Positions 12,961 to 26,465 of a stretch of DNA of 64,000 bases are shown one piece after another. The first letter of the stretch is position 1. Every line of letters starts with the position of its first letter. Source of the stretch: Octopus sinensis (taxonomy: Eukaryota); assembly GCF_006345805.1 (NCBI RefSeq), contig NC_042997.1:65100001-65164000 (forward strand). The letters are read 5' to 3'. The notes under the pieces were generated by a model, which was not told the origin of the DNA, did no database searches, and saw only the letters and a list, made by a program, of their open reading frames with translations. The position numbers were made by a program, and so were the translations under genes.

Positions 12961-15294
12961 ATAAGACTTTTCACAAGTTCCAAATGTGAATTTGTATGTG
13001 TTAACTACATTCCAAAGATGGAGCTTTGAATTTTTGTTGGAAACCGGTTACTTCCTCAGTGGAAGCTTTATGATGATTAAAAATAGAAGAGGCATATATA
13101 CATGCACACACACGCTTTGTAACTTGGTTGCCTTAAAATGGGTCAACTCTGTTGCAAGCATTCGGGCCAAGTTTTATTCCAAATGGAGTACATACATATA
13201 TCCATGCGACGGGTCACGGGAACTGGATTCTCTATTGAATAAAAGAAAGAAGGTATGCTTCTATACATTATACACGTGTTACACTAAAGTATTCTTTGAG
13301 CTACTAAAATATTTAATCTATTGCAACCTTTCAGAAATCATGCTTGGTCGAGATTAATCCAGCAACTCAGCCAAGTTCGAACGATGTGATAGATTGCATG
13401 CAATGTTCTGAAGAGAAGTACAACCTGAGAAGAGAACAGATGGACCAGTTTTAACGCCAATGCTAACTAGACATAGTACAGTGAGTTGTGACTCATTGTA
13501 TGTATATCGTTGTATCCAGAATCCATGTACTAGAATCCATGTACTCTTTCAGGTTAAAATGTTAGAAGATTGCTAACGAAGATTCACTAACCTGTCGCTT
13601 TAGCAATGTTTCTGGCTCATAAGAAATATCAGTACGTCGTTCATATCTAAAGTCATTCTATGATTGTTACGGATATGTAGTTGACTCCATCCGCGTGTTT
13701 TTTATTTGTTTTGCTTTTTTGTTTGTTTTTTTTTGCTTTTTTTACCTTTGAAAATATCAAATGTTTCTCTATGTATTTTCCTCTAAAATTTTTGTTAAAT
13801 ACAATCTAGCATTTCATATCTAAACTAAATGTATAGTATTATTGACGGCATCGATGGTGGTAAATGGATAAAAACATTTGAAGAAAAAATGTGATAAAAC
13901 TGGATCGTAATTCATATTCTACGTGTTTAAAAGAACTTATCACATCGAGGCTGTTTTTATACTTGCACGTACATACAAATATGGACACACACTTAATGTA
14001 ATATTTGGACATCATTTTTTTTATATGTCTGTGTGTGTGTGGCTGGGGTGCAGGAAATATTGTGTTTATCATACAGCAGAAGTTAAGAAGGGAATATTAT
14101 CTATAATAAAGATACAAAAGATCTTATCACGTATAACTGATACTGATGAAATATATAATACGTACGAACTTATCATTTCTTATGACTTGTTAGGCACGTG
14201 CTCTTGATCTTAAATACTGTTGGACATTTTGTAAATGGTAATGGCAGTGATCCAATTCAACATTCTCACAGATCTTAGCTTCTAGAATGTAGAATTTGAA
14301 TTAATAAGATACCTTAAGATTTAATTTTATTACCTCAAATATATATATCGCAACAAACCTGTCATTTTTCCCACAAGGATTATTTCAACCTATACATAGC
14401 AAATATTGTTTTTATTATTCTCGGTGTACCTTCTTAAAGAAAACCGCTTTCAATCTTTTTCACTTGGAGGCCATTTTTAACTTTTGCCCATACGTTCAAA
14501 ATTAATCTAAAAGTGGATTCATTTTCCGAAGTAAAATTGTTTTTGGACACTGTCATCTATGATATTGATAAATCTCAATAACGAATACATTGCTATTTCC
14601 TAAGTTATTCTTCCATGATTACTAAGAGTTTATTATAGATTATCTATTCATTCATCTAGTTGTTATTGGCAACTGATAGACTATTATTCATAGAAGTGAT
14701 TTACCTAGTATTTAAAGCGATGCAATATAGTATAATATAGAATATTTCGAGGTAACTAATCTATTACGCTATTCCTTGTATTCATTCATCAAAAGTTGAA
14801 GTTGATATGGAAATTAGATTTATTTATGTCAGTTAAAAGCAGTCTCTGCTTCACAAATCCCAAACGTTTCTAAGCTAAAATATATTTTTGGACTGGTATA
14901 AATTTCTCTTGCTTTAAATAGCTCGGTAAATATTATGCCTTCGTAAACAGTGATCTAATAAGAGTGTAAGGATAAATTTCAGTGATATACCCGTTGGCAA
15001 TCCAGATGAAAATTTAAATGCGTTAATCTAGAATTGTAAGTACCAATTCATTTGCATATATTGTTAAAGAAGAAGCGAAATTATACATTTCTTCAGTAGT
15101 ACTAACAATTGTCAAACTTGGTAAAAATTTTAGAGTATTTCTTTACCAAGTTCAACTGAGTTTAAATCAGAGCTAAAAATAAAAATTTTCATTGACGTCA
15201 TGCAGGATCCATTTATCGAGATTTTTCACTTTACCGATTTTTACAGGAGATCCGATACTGTTGAAACGCTAACATCAAGCATATGAGACATTTC

Positions 15295-15685
15295 TCAGAC
15301 ACTTTGTCGTGGGTTTTGAAATGTTTTCAAATGCTGGTCACCAAAGGTGGATGGACGTCCTCTCTCTTCTTGATCTTTAAGTCTCTCATCCCCACTACGT
15401 AATCTCTCAATCCACCGTCGTACCATACCATCACTAGTGGACCCTTCACGCCATGCTCTTTTGATATTGGAGGCTGTTTGAGAAGCATTATGTACAAGTT
15501 TAAATTCATACTGAGAAAGTAAACACGTTTCTTCATTTTTCATGTTTGTAAGAAATCAATAAAAGTTTAGTAAGGAGTATACATCAATTATTAAGCATGT
15601 AACATTTCTTCGAAAGCACTACAAAAATAACATCTTAAATTGAATTTGAAAACAACGTATTTTCAGAACAATCTAATACTTATTT
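15295..15685 (-). mobile_element. Mariner transposon 5' fragment (HTH domain plus TIR-like end)
   Basis: ORF 15295-15543 YEFKLVHNASQTASNIKRAW..RRWIERLRSGDERLKDQEERGRPS; TIR-like TATTAGATTGTTCTGAAAAT at ~15660-15680. Confidence 0.8.
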
Positions 15686-15914
15686 TTATATACTACTTGG
15701 TATGTTGATACTTAGAGTAATAGAATTAGTGTTCTTACAGCTCTTAAGAATTCTTTTTTCTAAGTTATCTATAGAATGATAGGCGAACATTGGTGGACGT
15801 TGGGAAATACTTTGGTGGCAACAACCAAAGACCAAAAGAAAATTCGTAAAACTAAGCAGATTTGGTGAACAATTGATTTTTTTCTTTTATATATATATAT
15901 ATATATAACATGAA

Positions 15915-16995
15915 TATTGGTTTCAAAATTTGGTACAAGGATAGTAATTTCAGATGAATGGGTAAGTTAACTATATCGACCGCAGAGATCAACTGGTAAA
16001 GACGTATGAAATGCCGCTAAGCACTTTTCCTGGCTTGCTGATTATAATATGAATATTAAAGTCAATTTCTTCCACAGCCATTTACAAAATTTCACAGACA
16101 AATTGCGGGTTTAAACGAAGAGTAGAATCGTGACTGTTAATTAATGCGCAATAAAGAAATCGATAGGAATCGAATTCCGAACATGAAGACGTACAGTTTA
16201 TACCTGTTTACTAAATCTGATATGCTACTGAGTTGGTATGAAATAAACTTAGATAATGATAATGATACTAGTATTATTGGTTTAGAATTTTAGTTAAGGG
16301 AAAGTCGATTGTTTGGACCCCCAAGCTCAAATGGTACTTGTTTTATCGACCTCAAAATGAGGAACTCAGCAGAATTTGAACGTAATAATGAACGAAATGC
16401 AGCTAAGAAATGCCCAGCATGCTAACGATACTACCGGCTTATTGAAGGCAGCAATATTAATTGTCTCCACGGAGGCGTGCTAAGAGAATCGTTGGCACGC
16501 CGGGCAAAGTGTTTAGTGGCATTTTCTCCGTCTTTACGTTCTGAGTTGAAATTCTTTGGGAGTCAACGTAATAAACATCAGTTGAGCAATTTCGTCAATG
16601 TAATTACCTAACTCATTCCCAACATTTTCTGGCCTTATGCCAAAATTTCAAAGCAATATTAATCGTCTGTAACGCAGGCGCAAGGACAGAAATAAGTGGG
16701 AGGTGATTAGTCAAGTAGATCGTACCCAGTACTTCATATATGATCACGGAATTATGAAAACCAATGTAAACCTAGGAGAGAATTGAATTCAGAACTTAAA
16801 GATGTCTTAATGATTCAGCCAATCAGTCTCCGAAATTTGAGAGTAGAGTTACATCGACTCCATGGCTTAACTTGTACTTACATTATCGACCTCCGAAAAG
16901 ATGAAAAACATTTTGAATTTCGAACGTTAAGAAAGACAAAATACTTGAATGCATTTTACCCGGCGTGATAACGATTCTGCCTCTTCGCCGCCTTA
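15915..16995. mobile_element. Cluster of 4-5 decayed family B SINEs in both orientations
   Basis: Recurrent motifs gctaacgat, gaatttgaac, tatcgacc and cccagtac shared with the better copies at 17.2-18.1 kb. Confidence 0.65.
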
Positions 16996-17162
16996 AGAAG
17001 AATTAAAATATTGGTTTCAAATTTATGGAGTAAATTCGGGGGAAATGGGTCCCTTAACATTCTGAGTTGTAATATCACCAAAGAAAACTTTGTCTTTCAC
17101 CCCTCCGGAAATGATAAAGTGAACTACCAGCTAAATACTTGAGTCAATATTACAGTCTAAAC

Positions 17163-17388
17163 TACGGCGAGGAGCTGACACAACCGTTAGCACGCTGCAC
17201 GGAGTGCTTAGCAGTGTTTCGCCCCTCACTACGTTCCGAGTTCAAATTCCGCAGGGGTTGTCTTTGCCTTTCAAACGTTCAGGGTTGATAAATCAAGTAC
17301 CAGTTGCGTACTGGGGTCGATCTAATCGCCTGCCCCCTCCCACCAAATTTCAGGTCTTGTGTCTTTAGTAGAAAGGGTTATTATTATG
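17163..17388 (+). mobile_element. tRNA-derived SINE, family B
   Basis: B box GAGTTCAAATTCC; body gtaccagttgcgtactggggtcgat; (ATT)n tail. Confidence 0.85.
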
Positions 17389-17394
17389 ATGGTT

Positions 17395-17612
17395 AAGGCG
17401 GTGAGGTAGCAGAATCGTTAGCACCCCAGGGGAAGTGCTTAGAAGTATTTCGCCCCGTCACTACATTTTGAGTTCAAATTCAGCCAAGCTTGACTTTGCC
17501 TTTCGTCTTTTTTGGGTCGACGAATTGATTATCAGTGAAACAGTGAAGTTGAAGTAATCGACTAGTCCTCCCCGGCCGAAAAATTTCAGAACTTGTGCCT
17601 ATGGTAGAAAGT
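17395..17612 (+). mobile_element. tRNA-derived SINE, family B (second in a head-to-tail chain)
   Basis: aaggcggtgaggtagcagaatcgttagc..gagttcaaattc..cttgtgcctatggtagaaag; tail expanded into (TTC)n. Confidence 0.85.
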
Positions 17613-17613
17613 A

Positions 17614-17753
17614 TTCTTCTTCTTTCTTCTTCTCTCTTCTTCTTCTTCTTCTTCTTCTTCTTCTTTCTTCTCTTCTTCTCTTCTCTTCTTCTTCTTCTCT
17701 TCTTCTTCTTTTCTTCTTCTTCTTATTCTTCTTCTTCTTCTTATTCTTCTTCT

Positions 17754-17800
<47 letters not shown>

Positions 17801-17940
17801 TTCTTCTTCTTCTTCTTCTCTTCTTCTTCTTCTTCTCTTCTTCTTCTTCTCTTCTTCTTCTCTTCTTCTTCTTCTTCTTCTTCTTCTTCTTCTTCTTCTT
17901 CTTCTTCTTCTTCTTCTTCTTCTTCTTTCTTCTTCTCATT
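17614..17940. repeat. (TTC)n/(AAG)n microsatellite grown from a SINE tail
   Basis: Direct reading. Confidence 0.95.
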
Positions 17941-17947
17941 ATTATTA

Positions 17948-18135
17948 ATGCGGCTAATCGTTAGCGCGTCGGGCGAAATCCTTAGCGGTGTGTTCTGAGT
18001 TCAGATTCCGCCGGGATCAACTTTGCCTTTCATCTTCTCTTCGTTGATCAAATAAGTACCAGCTGAAGACTGGGCCGATGTAATCGACTCATCCCCACCT
18101 TCAATATTGTTGTCCTTGTGGCAGAATTTGAAGCC
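17948..18135 (+). mobile_element. tRNA-derived SINE, family B (third in the chain)
   Basis: ctaatcgttagcgcgtcgggcgaaat..gagttcagattccgccgggatcaactttgcc.. Confidence 0.8.
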
Positions 18136-21100
18136 ATCCTGGACGGTGAGCGTGTGGAGCTTCTTTTGTGAGGTCGTCTTTCCGCATCTCATCTCCTTGA
18201 CGGTGTTGCAGTTCTTGGTGAGGAAAAGACTGAGACTGGTCGCATGGCACCTAGAATGTCGTCAGTCGCTCAAAGCCCTCTATCAGTTGGGCAATGGGAT
18301 TTGGTGCATGTTCCGCTTTAGAAATCTATGGAGCATTATTGGTGGGGAAGTGCGATGACGTTCTCGAAATGAGTCTGGGTGCCGATGAAAACGAACTAGA
18401 TAGTCTGTTCTGGAAGGACTTTACACTAGGGAACTATCATGGATAATTTCCAGATGTTCTTGGCCTGGCAGCTGAAGTTGCAATGGTTAAATTACCAAAA
18501 TAGTTTCGCGGCACTTGGTGTTGATAGGGTTAAGACGAGGAATGAAATTCTATTAATACATTCCTTAGTAGATTCCTTGATCGTATATGTGTATTTGAAC
18601 AACATACTTCATATTCAATCAGGAATGCTAAGACAATTATAATAGTTCTTGCCAATTTCCTTCTATCAGAAAAGGTTTTGAATGTGCTTAAAATAAAATT
18701 AGATTCTGCAAAACTATGCTAATAAGCAACGATCTCGCACGAAAACGTGACTTCATCTTTTACGATACCTTTTTTTAACTTCAGAGAATTAACCTGAGAT
18801 GAATTCAAATATGCTACTGACTATAATGATCATGATGACGATAATAGTGGTGTGGTGGAGATGGTGAAGATTAAGATGATGAGGATGATGTTGATGAGTA
18901 GGAGGGTGTGGAGGATTATGGTAACGAGGTGGAGCATATTATTATAATAATCATGATGAAAAATTGCGATTGTGCGAGGTATTTCATGTCGGCACAGTAG
19001 CTTTATTCCTACATAAGAGTTTGAATAGGTACTTGACATCGAAATCATTCACATTCTGCTATAATCTTATATTCTTAGAACAAGCACGATTATAGAGATT
19101 GGTTTAAATTTATTGCTGACCTATATATTTCTGAAGAATTCATTACAGTAGTCAAATTGAGTATGATGAGTCGGTGTGTATAATGGTATTTATTAGCAAC
19201 AGCAAACGCAACGCTATGCATTTATTTTACGAAGAATTTTTTCATACATTAGAGTTAGTGTGCGCTATATAGCAGAGACGGTGGGAATAAAATTTGCTGG
19301 CAGACAATTGATGTTGCCTTTGAAAAGTAGTAAACAGAAGGAATCAAATTCAAAAATAGAAGAACGGAAACTTGTTTTCCCATACAGTGTACTTCATGAG
19401 CGAACATTGCGTTTATATATATTCTACATCTTCAGCAGCTGTATTAAAAGAAAGAATAGAATATATTGTCTCAGCTATACATGTTTTCCGAAAATATAGT
19501 CATTTATTATTGCAAGTGTCATTCCAGTAACAGTGTCAGTTACTTTTCCTGTCTTCTAATGTTGGATAGTTTAAAATATACCAATTTAATGTAATACAGA
19601 TGTAATAAATAATGTAATAAAGATTTGCATACCCACATAAGCTTTAAAATGATTCTTCCTGCAATCTTACCATATAATTTCAAAGCTTACTCAATTAATA
19701 TGTACATTTTCTATACACTCCTTTTGAAAAATATTAATATGCCTTACATAAATATTCCTAATATTTGGTGCTAGTTTCAAAACCACTGTTAAAATAGTAG
19801 CTAAGGTTTAAGGGTATATTTGAAATCATTACCCAAAATTGGGTATCATGTATACCTTACATGAGAATAGCAAAATATTTCTTAGAAATTCCATCCGGTG
19901 TAATAAACTTTGTATGATAAATATAGGTACTTCAATAACAGATATAAATACAATAAAATTATGTATTCCAGTAAATTTCTTTTCCTCTACGACTAAGTCA
20001 CTAAAAGTTTTGGAAGAGTTTTACATTCGATAGACGTTGTTTTCCAGTTTCTGACTTTGACACTATTATTATTATGCATGAAAAGAGATCACTTCTGTTT
20101 AGTGATATTCAATTTATGTTACACATGATGGCCAGAATGTAGTCGTTGGAAAGTGCAATGAAGCTGAGGTTTGTCAGATACATCTATGCTGAGTTCGGTT
20201 ATTTTTTTAATGTAATGTGGAACTATTTATTTTGTGAAGTATAAATGATCATACAATGGATACTGTCTGTTAGGAACAGATCAAAAACTTAGAATACAGT
20301 TGATTCAAAACTAGGTACAAGTATTTTTAGGAATAACTCTAGAATTAGTTAGAATTAACTGGTAGATACCCCCTTCTCATTTCAATATGCTGGCCATTAC
20401 TATTATGAAGCATTAAAACGATTGTGTTTTCAAAGACAGTATTCCTTATTCACAACAGGATAATGAAAGTGAACAATTATACAGAAATATCCGCCATATA
20501 TTTTAAATATTCGTTCAAAAGGTACTAGGATATTCTATGAAATTTAGAAAGCAAAACATTTCACAATAGAAAATTGATATCAGAAAATGATGAATAGAAA
20601 TTGAAAAGATGAGTTACGATAACACTGAAACAATGCCTAACTCTTCAATATCCAGTATAAAAATATGAAAGCCTTTCAGTACGAAGACATACAAAACATC
20701 CTCCACTCACCTTGTAATTACAACTCACTGTCATCTGAAATTCATGTCTCCTTCTCAGACAGTCTTTGCCGAGTTATAGTATCTCTCTTGCATCCTACAA
20801 AAAGCTAGCTAGCTAAATCGGTTCAAACCATATTCTCGACATACACTAGGATACTGTTAAAAGAGTTTCATTTTCCAAATATGTCTACGGTTTAAAAATG
20901 ACAGTATTAATTGTTGATTAATCAGTTATAAAATGTTTCACCTACCCTAATTCCTCAAGAATTCTATTCACTCGGAGATGTAAAACAACCTGTTACATTT
21001 TAATGCAATATTGAAACTGTTGCATTCTTGCGGACATTTCATGAATATTTGCATATTTGTTAGTAACAAGATAAACTAGATCTTTTGGTTTGTTTTTATT

Positions 21101-21476
21101 TTTGTTTTGAATTTTTGTTTCAATTTTTCTCCGTTTTTTCGAGGGGGGGTGTCATAGGCCAAGCTGTGGTCATATTAAAAAAAAAAGACTATAAATTATT
21201 GTACCTCAGTCAAACTGCACTAGCAGAGTCATCTTCATGAAGACAGTAAAATATCATAGGATTTTGAATGAGCATGGATACTTACATCAAATAAGGATAC
21301 TTACATCAAATATATTTAAATATATTTGAATATATTGTGTGACTCAACTTTTTACAGATTTCTCTGGCAGCAAATCAACTAAACATGATTAGTCCATATT
21401 TTACGACTTGAATAACTTCTATTTTGTTACACTTCTTCTCTTCACAATCATTTAAGTAAGGATTCACAAAACTCCC

Positions 21477-21477
<1 letters not shown>

Positions 21478-21528
<51 letters not shown>

Positions 21529-21543
21529 CTAATAATAATAATG

Positions 21544-21579
<36 letters not shown>

Positions 21580-21583
21580 TAAT

Positions 21584-21632
<49 letters not shown>

Positions 21633-21665
21633 TAATAAAATAAAATAATAATAATAATAATAATG

Positions 21666-21711
<46 letters not shown>

Positions 21712-21724
21712 CAATAATAATAAT
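21478..21724. repeat. (AAT)n microsatellite (tail of the minus-strand SINE B at 21725-21900)
   Basis: Direct reading. Confidence 0.95.
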
Positions 21725-21900
21725 CATTTCTACTGTAGTCACCAGGCCTGAAATTCGGTGGGAGTACCAGTCGATTACATTGACCCATAACGTTTCTCTG
21801 GTGCTCAATTCATCGACCAGAAATGATAAAAGATAAAGTCGACCTCGGCGGAATTTGAACTCAGAACGTATCTTTTTGTTTTTGCGCAGTAATTATTCTG
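21725..21900 (-). mobile_element. SINE family B, decayed
   Basis: aggcctgaaattcgg..taccagtcgattacattgaccc..aaagtcgacctcggcggaatttgaactcagaacg. Confidence 0.75.
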
Positions 21901-21974
21901 CGAGCTTTCAACCTCAAAAACTATATATAATAGCAACAGCAATAATAATAATAATAATGATGATGATGATGATG

Positions 21975-22035
<61 letters not shown>

Positions 22036-22039
<4 letters not shown>

Positions 22040-23858
22040 TTCTGCATAGCCCTAATACCCCTTACAAGTGAATTATACAGAACAGGGTATGGGTATAAAA
22101 TTGCCAATAAAAAAATAAGCCATCTATTTTATATGGATGACTTAAAATTTTATGGTAAAGACAATAATGAACTTGAAGGCCTATTGCGCACCGTGAAAGC
22201 ATTCAGCGATGACATCGGGATGGAGTTTGGACTTGAGAAGTGTGCCAAGGCCACTTTCCAGAAAGGGAAAGTGAAGACCACAAATTCAGTCGTGTTAGAT
22301 GTTGACACAGTCATAAGAGAGCTTGAGCAAGAACAAACATACAAATATTTAGGGATAAATGAAGGCTCTGGTATTCAGTATGCAAGTATGAAAGAGAAAA
22401 TCAGGAAGGAATGTTATAGGAAAGTTCGGGCAGTCCTGAAATCTGAACTAAATGCACGTAACAAGGTGTTAGCTATAAATTCCTTAGCAGTTCCAGTTGT
22501 TACTTATAGCTACAATGTGTTGAACTGGAATATGAGTGAAGTAAACAATATAGATAGAAAAAGACGCAAGCAGCTGAGTTGTAATAGGATGCACCACCCA
22601 AAGGCAGACGTAGATCGCCTTTACCTTCTCAGAGCCCAAGGAGGTCGAGGCCTGATCCAATTTGAACTAGCTTACAAAACAACCACAATTGGACTGGCCA
22701 AATATCTCGAAATATCGAATGACTGGATCCTAAAGCTCGTGGAAAATCACGAGAGACGAAAGAAGCTTCATTCTATCATAAAGGAAAGCAAAAAAATTGC
22801 TATTGATCTCGTGCAGGATACCCAAACTTAACAATCCGAGAGAAGTACGGCAACTATTGTTGCAAAGAAGGTGAAAATGATGGCAATGAAGAAAGCGCAC
22901 GAGCAATTGGCTGATAGGTGGGAGGATAAACCTCTGCACGGCAAATATGTGACCCGCAGCAAACAAGCTGATGTTGACCAGAAGCAAACCCATCAGTGGC
23001 TACGGAGCTCAGGGCTAAAAGCAGAGAGCGAAGGTTTCATCCTGGCTGCTCAAGATCAAAGCCTATTAACCCGGAACTACCAGGCCAATGTGATGAAAAA
23101 TGGAGCAGACCCAAAATGCCGATTCTGCAACGACATGATTGAAACAGTGGACCACCTAATCTCTGGATGTAAAGTCTTAGCACCAGTGGAGAATAAATTA
23201 AGACATGACAGAGTTGGCCAATATCTCCACTGGCTAATAAGTCGGCATTACAATATCAAAACTGCCGACAAGTGGTATAATCACCACCCTGAGGCTGTAC
23301 CTGAAGGAGAAAATGTAACCATTCTGTGGGACTTTCCAGTACATACAGACCGAAACATCAAGGCCAATAAACCAGATATTGTTGTGAAAGACCAAAACAA
23401 TAAAGTTTGCTTATTGATCGACATGAGCATCCCCTGTGATCATAATATCTCAGCGAAAGAGTTTGACAAGCTCAGAAAATATAAAGACCTACTCATTGAA
23501 ATTGAGAAAATGTGGCATCTCAAGGCGGTTACAATACCAGTGATCGTAGGAGCACTAGGAATGATCAAGAAGGGAACCGAAAATTATATGAGAATGATCC
23601 CTGGCTTACCATCCCTGCAAGAAGTGCAAAAGATTGTCTTAACTGGTACATCACACGTATTGAGAAGAGCATTGTCGATGTGAGAACTGTTGCTGCTCAT
23701 GTATTTTAATTTAACTTTAAAAAAAAAAATTAAAAAAATTAACGAACTACTGAGTTTGGTTTAATGGCCTACCAATGTATGCTATGAGTTTCTTTGCCCT
23801 AGGAGTCGGGAAGACACTCGGCAAGAAATGGAAGCAAATTTGAAAGAAGAAAAAAAAA

Positions 23859-23859
<1 letters not shown>
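22036..23859 (+). mobile_element. R4/Dong non-LTR retrotransposon copy 1, 5'-truncated (RT C-half, CCHC knuckle, RLE endonuclease)
   Basis: YMDDLKFY, GMEFGLEKCA, YKYLGI, RMHHPKADVDRLY, CRFC..ETVDHLISGC, RHD, LWDF, KPDIV, IDMSIP, K..KY (ORFs 22133-22831 and 22871-23683). Bounded by (AAT)n on both sides. Confidence 0.92.
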
Positions 23860-23911
<52 letters not shown>

Positions 23912-23912
<1 letters not shown>

Positions 23913-25730
23913 GCCATTAACAAAGTAGCACCAACAATTATAAAATACGTAGAACATTCTATGAATAAATGCTACAGTTCCAAACAAAAGAGGGACTCAT
24001 GAAAACCAAAGCCATCCCCATTAGAAGAGGAATATTCCAGGGAGACACACTCTCTCCACTCCTTTTCTGCTTGGCACTGTCACCTCTATCTGATATGCTA
24101 AATAGAACTGGATGCGGATATAAATGTTACGGCAAAACGATCAGCCACCTTTTATATATGGATGACCTAAAACTATACGCTGCAAATGGCAAACAGCTGG
24201 AAACACTATTAAAGACAGTTCATGGAATTACCAAAGAAATAGACATGAAATTTGGATTAGAAAAATGCGCCAAAGTAACCATGAAAAGAGGAAAACTAGT
24301 TAAGAGTAGCAACATCACAGTAGATAAAACCAATGAAATAAAAGAATTAGACCAAAGCCAAACTTATAAATACTTAGGAATCCATGAACTAGATAAGACA
24401 CAGCACACACAAATGAAAGAGAAAATAATAAAAGAATATTATAGACGAGTTAGATCAATACTAAAAACAGAGCTCAATGCTAAAAACAAGATAATAGGTA
24501 TTAACACTTTAGCTGTCCCAGTTATAAGTTACAGCTACAATATCCTTAACTGGACACTAAATGAACTGACAAAAATAGATAGGAAAACAAGAAAAATAAT
24601 AACTGGATCTAGGATGCATCACCCAAAATCTGACATAGAAAGACTATATATACAACGTATAGAAGGTGTTAGAGGTCTTATACAGCTGGAAGGCTACTAT
24701 AAAATAACCACCATAGAACTGCAAAAATATCTACTTCAAAAAGAAGGAAAACTGATACAAATAGCGGCAAAACACGAGCAAAACAAAAAACTGTTCTCAG
24801 TATTTAAGGAAGCTGACAAGTACAAACAAGAAATCATACCACCAAACAAAGAAGAAGTAGAAGAAGAAGAAGAAGAAGAAGAAGAAGAAGAAGAAGAAGA
24901 AGAAGAAGAAGGAGAAGAAGAAGAAGAAGAAAAAGAAGAAGAAGAAGAAGAAACAACAAAAGCTATAAAACAAATGAAAAGCCCCTTCATGGTAAATACT
25001 GGACTAAACTAAATGCAAAAGAAATAGACAAAGAAAAATCCCAGCAATGGTTGAGAAGCTCAGGACTCAATGCGGAGACAGTGGGATTTTTAATTGCAGC
25101 ACAAGACCAAAGCCTCCCCACCAGAAATTACCAAAAACATGTAATGAAAAGAAATATAACAAGTAACTACAGAATATGTGGAGATGGATAAGAAACAATA
25201 AATCATATTATCTCTAGCTGCCCAGTCCTGGCTAAGAAAGAATATATTCACAGACACCACAGAGTTGGGACCTACATACACTGGAAGCTATGCCAATATT
25301 ATGGAATAACAACAACAAAAAGATGGTATAGGCACACACCAGAAAAGGTCACAGAAAACGAGAAAGCAACCATACTCTGGGATATGCCGATACGCACAGA
25401 TAGAGAAATTAAGGCCACAGACCAGATATAGTTGTCAGAGATCATGAAGAAAAAAATGCTTTCTAATTGATGTATCAATACCAGCAGATGACAACGTTTC
25501 TCTAAAAGAAATGGAGAAACTTTCAAAATACAAAGACCTGGAAATAGAGGTAACTAGAATGTGGGATCTAAAAACAGAAACAAATCCTATCATTAGGCAT
25601 GATAAAAAAATATTCAGACAAATGCATAACAAAAACCCCAGGACTTACAAATACATATAACATACAGAAAATTGCACTACTAGGCACTGCACACAGTGAA
25701 GTGAAAGCACGCTATAAAAATAAAACTACA

Positions 25731-25732
<2 letters not shown>
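23912..25732 (+). mobile_element. R4/Dong copy 2, a different subfamily, 5'-truncated
   Basis: ORF 23969-25012 [25 protein letters not shown]..; RLE remnants to ~25690; ends ..aaaactacag(AAT)n. Confidence 0.92.
24854..24951 (+). repeat. (GAA)n expansion, in frame within the Dong copy 2 ORF (poly-Glu)
   Basis: ORF track shows a run of >30 residues, nearly all Glu. Confidence 0.95.
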
Positions 25733-25813
<81 letters not shown>

Positions 25814-26465
25814 TACCCTCAAAATAAGTAAAAAAAAAAAACTTACATATCTACAGCTCATACAAACGTACACCTAACAAGAAAAATTAGAAACATACAT
25901 AACTCCAATTCTGTGTGAACATTTACATTTAGTCGTCTCTCATGACTATAAGAATGTGTAAAATTGCCTTTTAAATTACCTTTTATTGTAACAACACAAT
26001 TAAATGCACGATAAAAAGTTATGGAATTAAGCACCTACTACTATATACATACAACTGAATTCAGAAATTTAAAAATATATACATAACATTGAACTCAGAA
26101 AGTTATTTAAAAAAAAGAAAAAAAAAATCTTCGACGAAAACATCAGATAATATGTGTGATTGAATATACATATATATACATATACATATGCATGTGGTGA
26201 AGAAGAAAAGAGAACGAAAAAAAAAAAAAAAATAAATAAATAAACGTAAACAGGTTTGACCTTTTACTGACCATTAACGTCCTTTGTCTCCACCATCTAC
26301 CGTGGCTATTTATAGACCCAAAGAACATGAATTCTTTAACCACCCATTCTCCAACACAATGGAGTGTTGATGGTGGCTGTGGCTACACATTGAAGATGAT
26401 GATGGTGATGGTGATGTTGCTGATGATGGTGATGGTGGTGAAGATGATAGTAATAACAATAATAA

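Noticed and set aside
17163-17260. tRNA-like A/B boxes here and at 9.2, 32.4, 37.7 and 57.6 kb
   Set aside because: These are SINE heads with no complete cloverleaf, not tRNA genes
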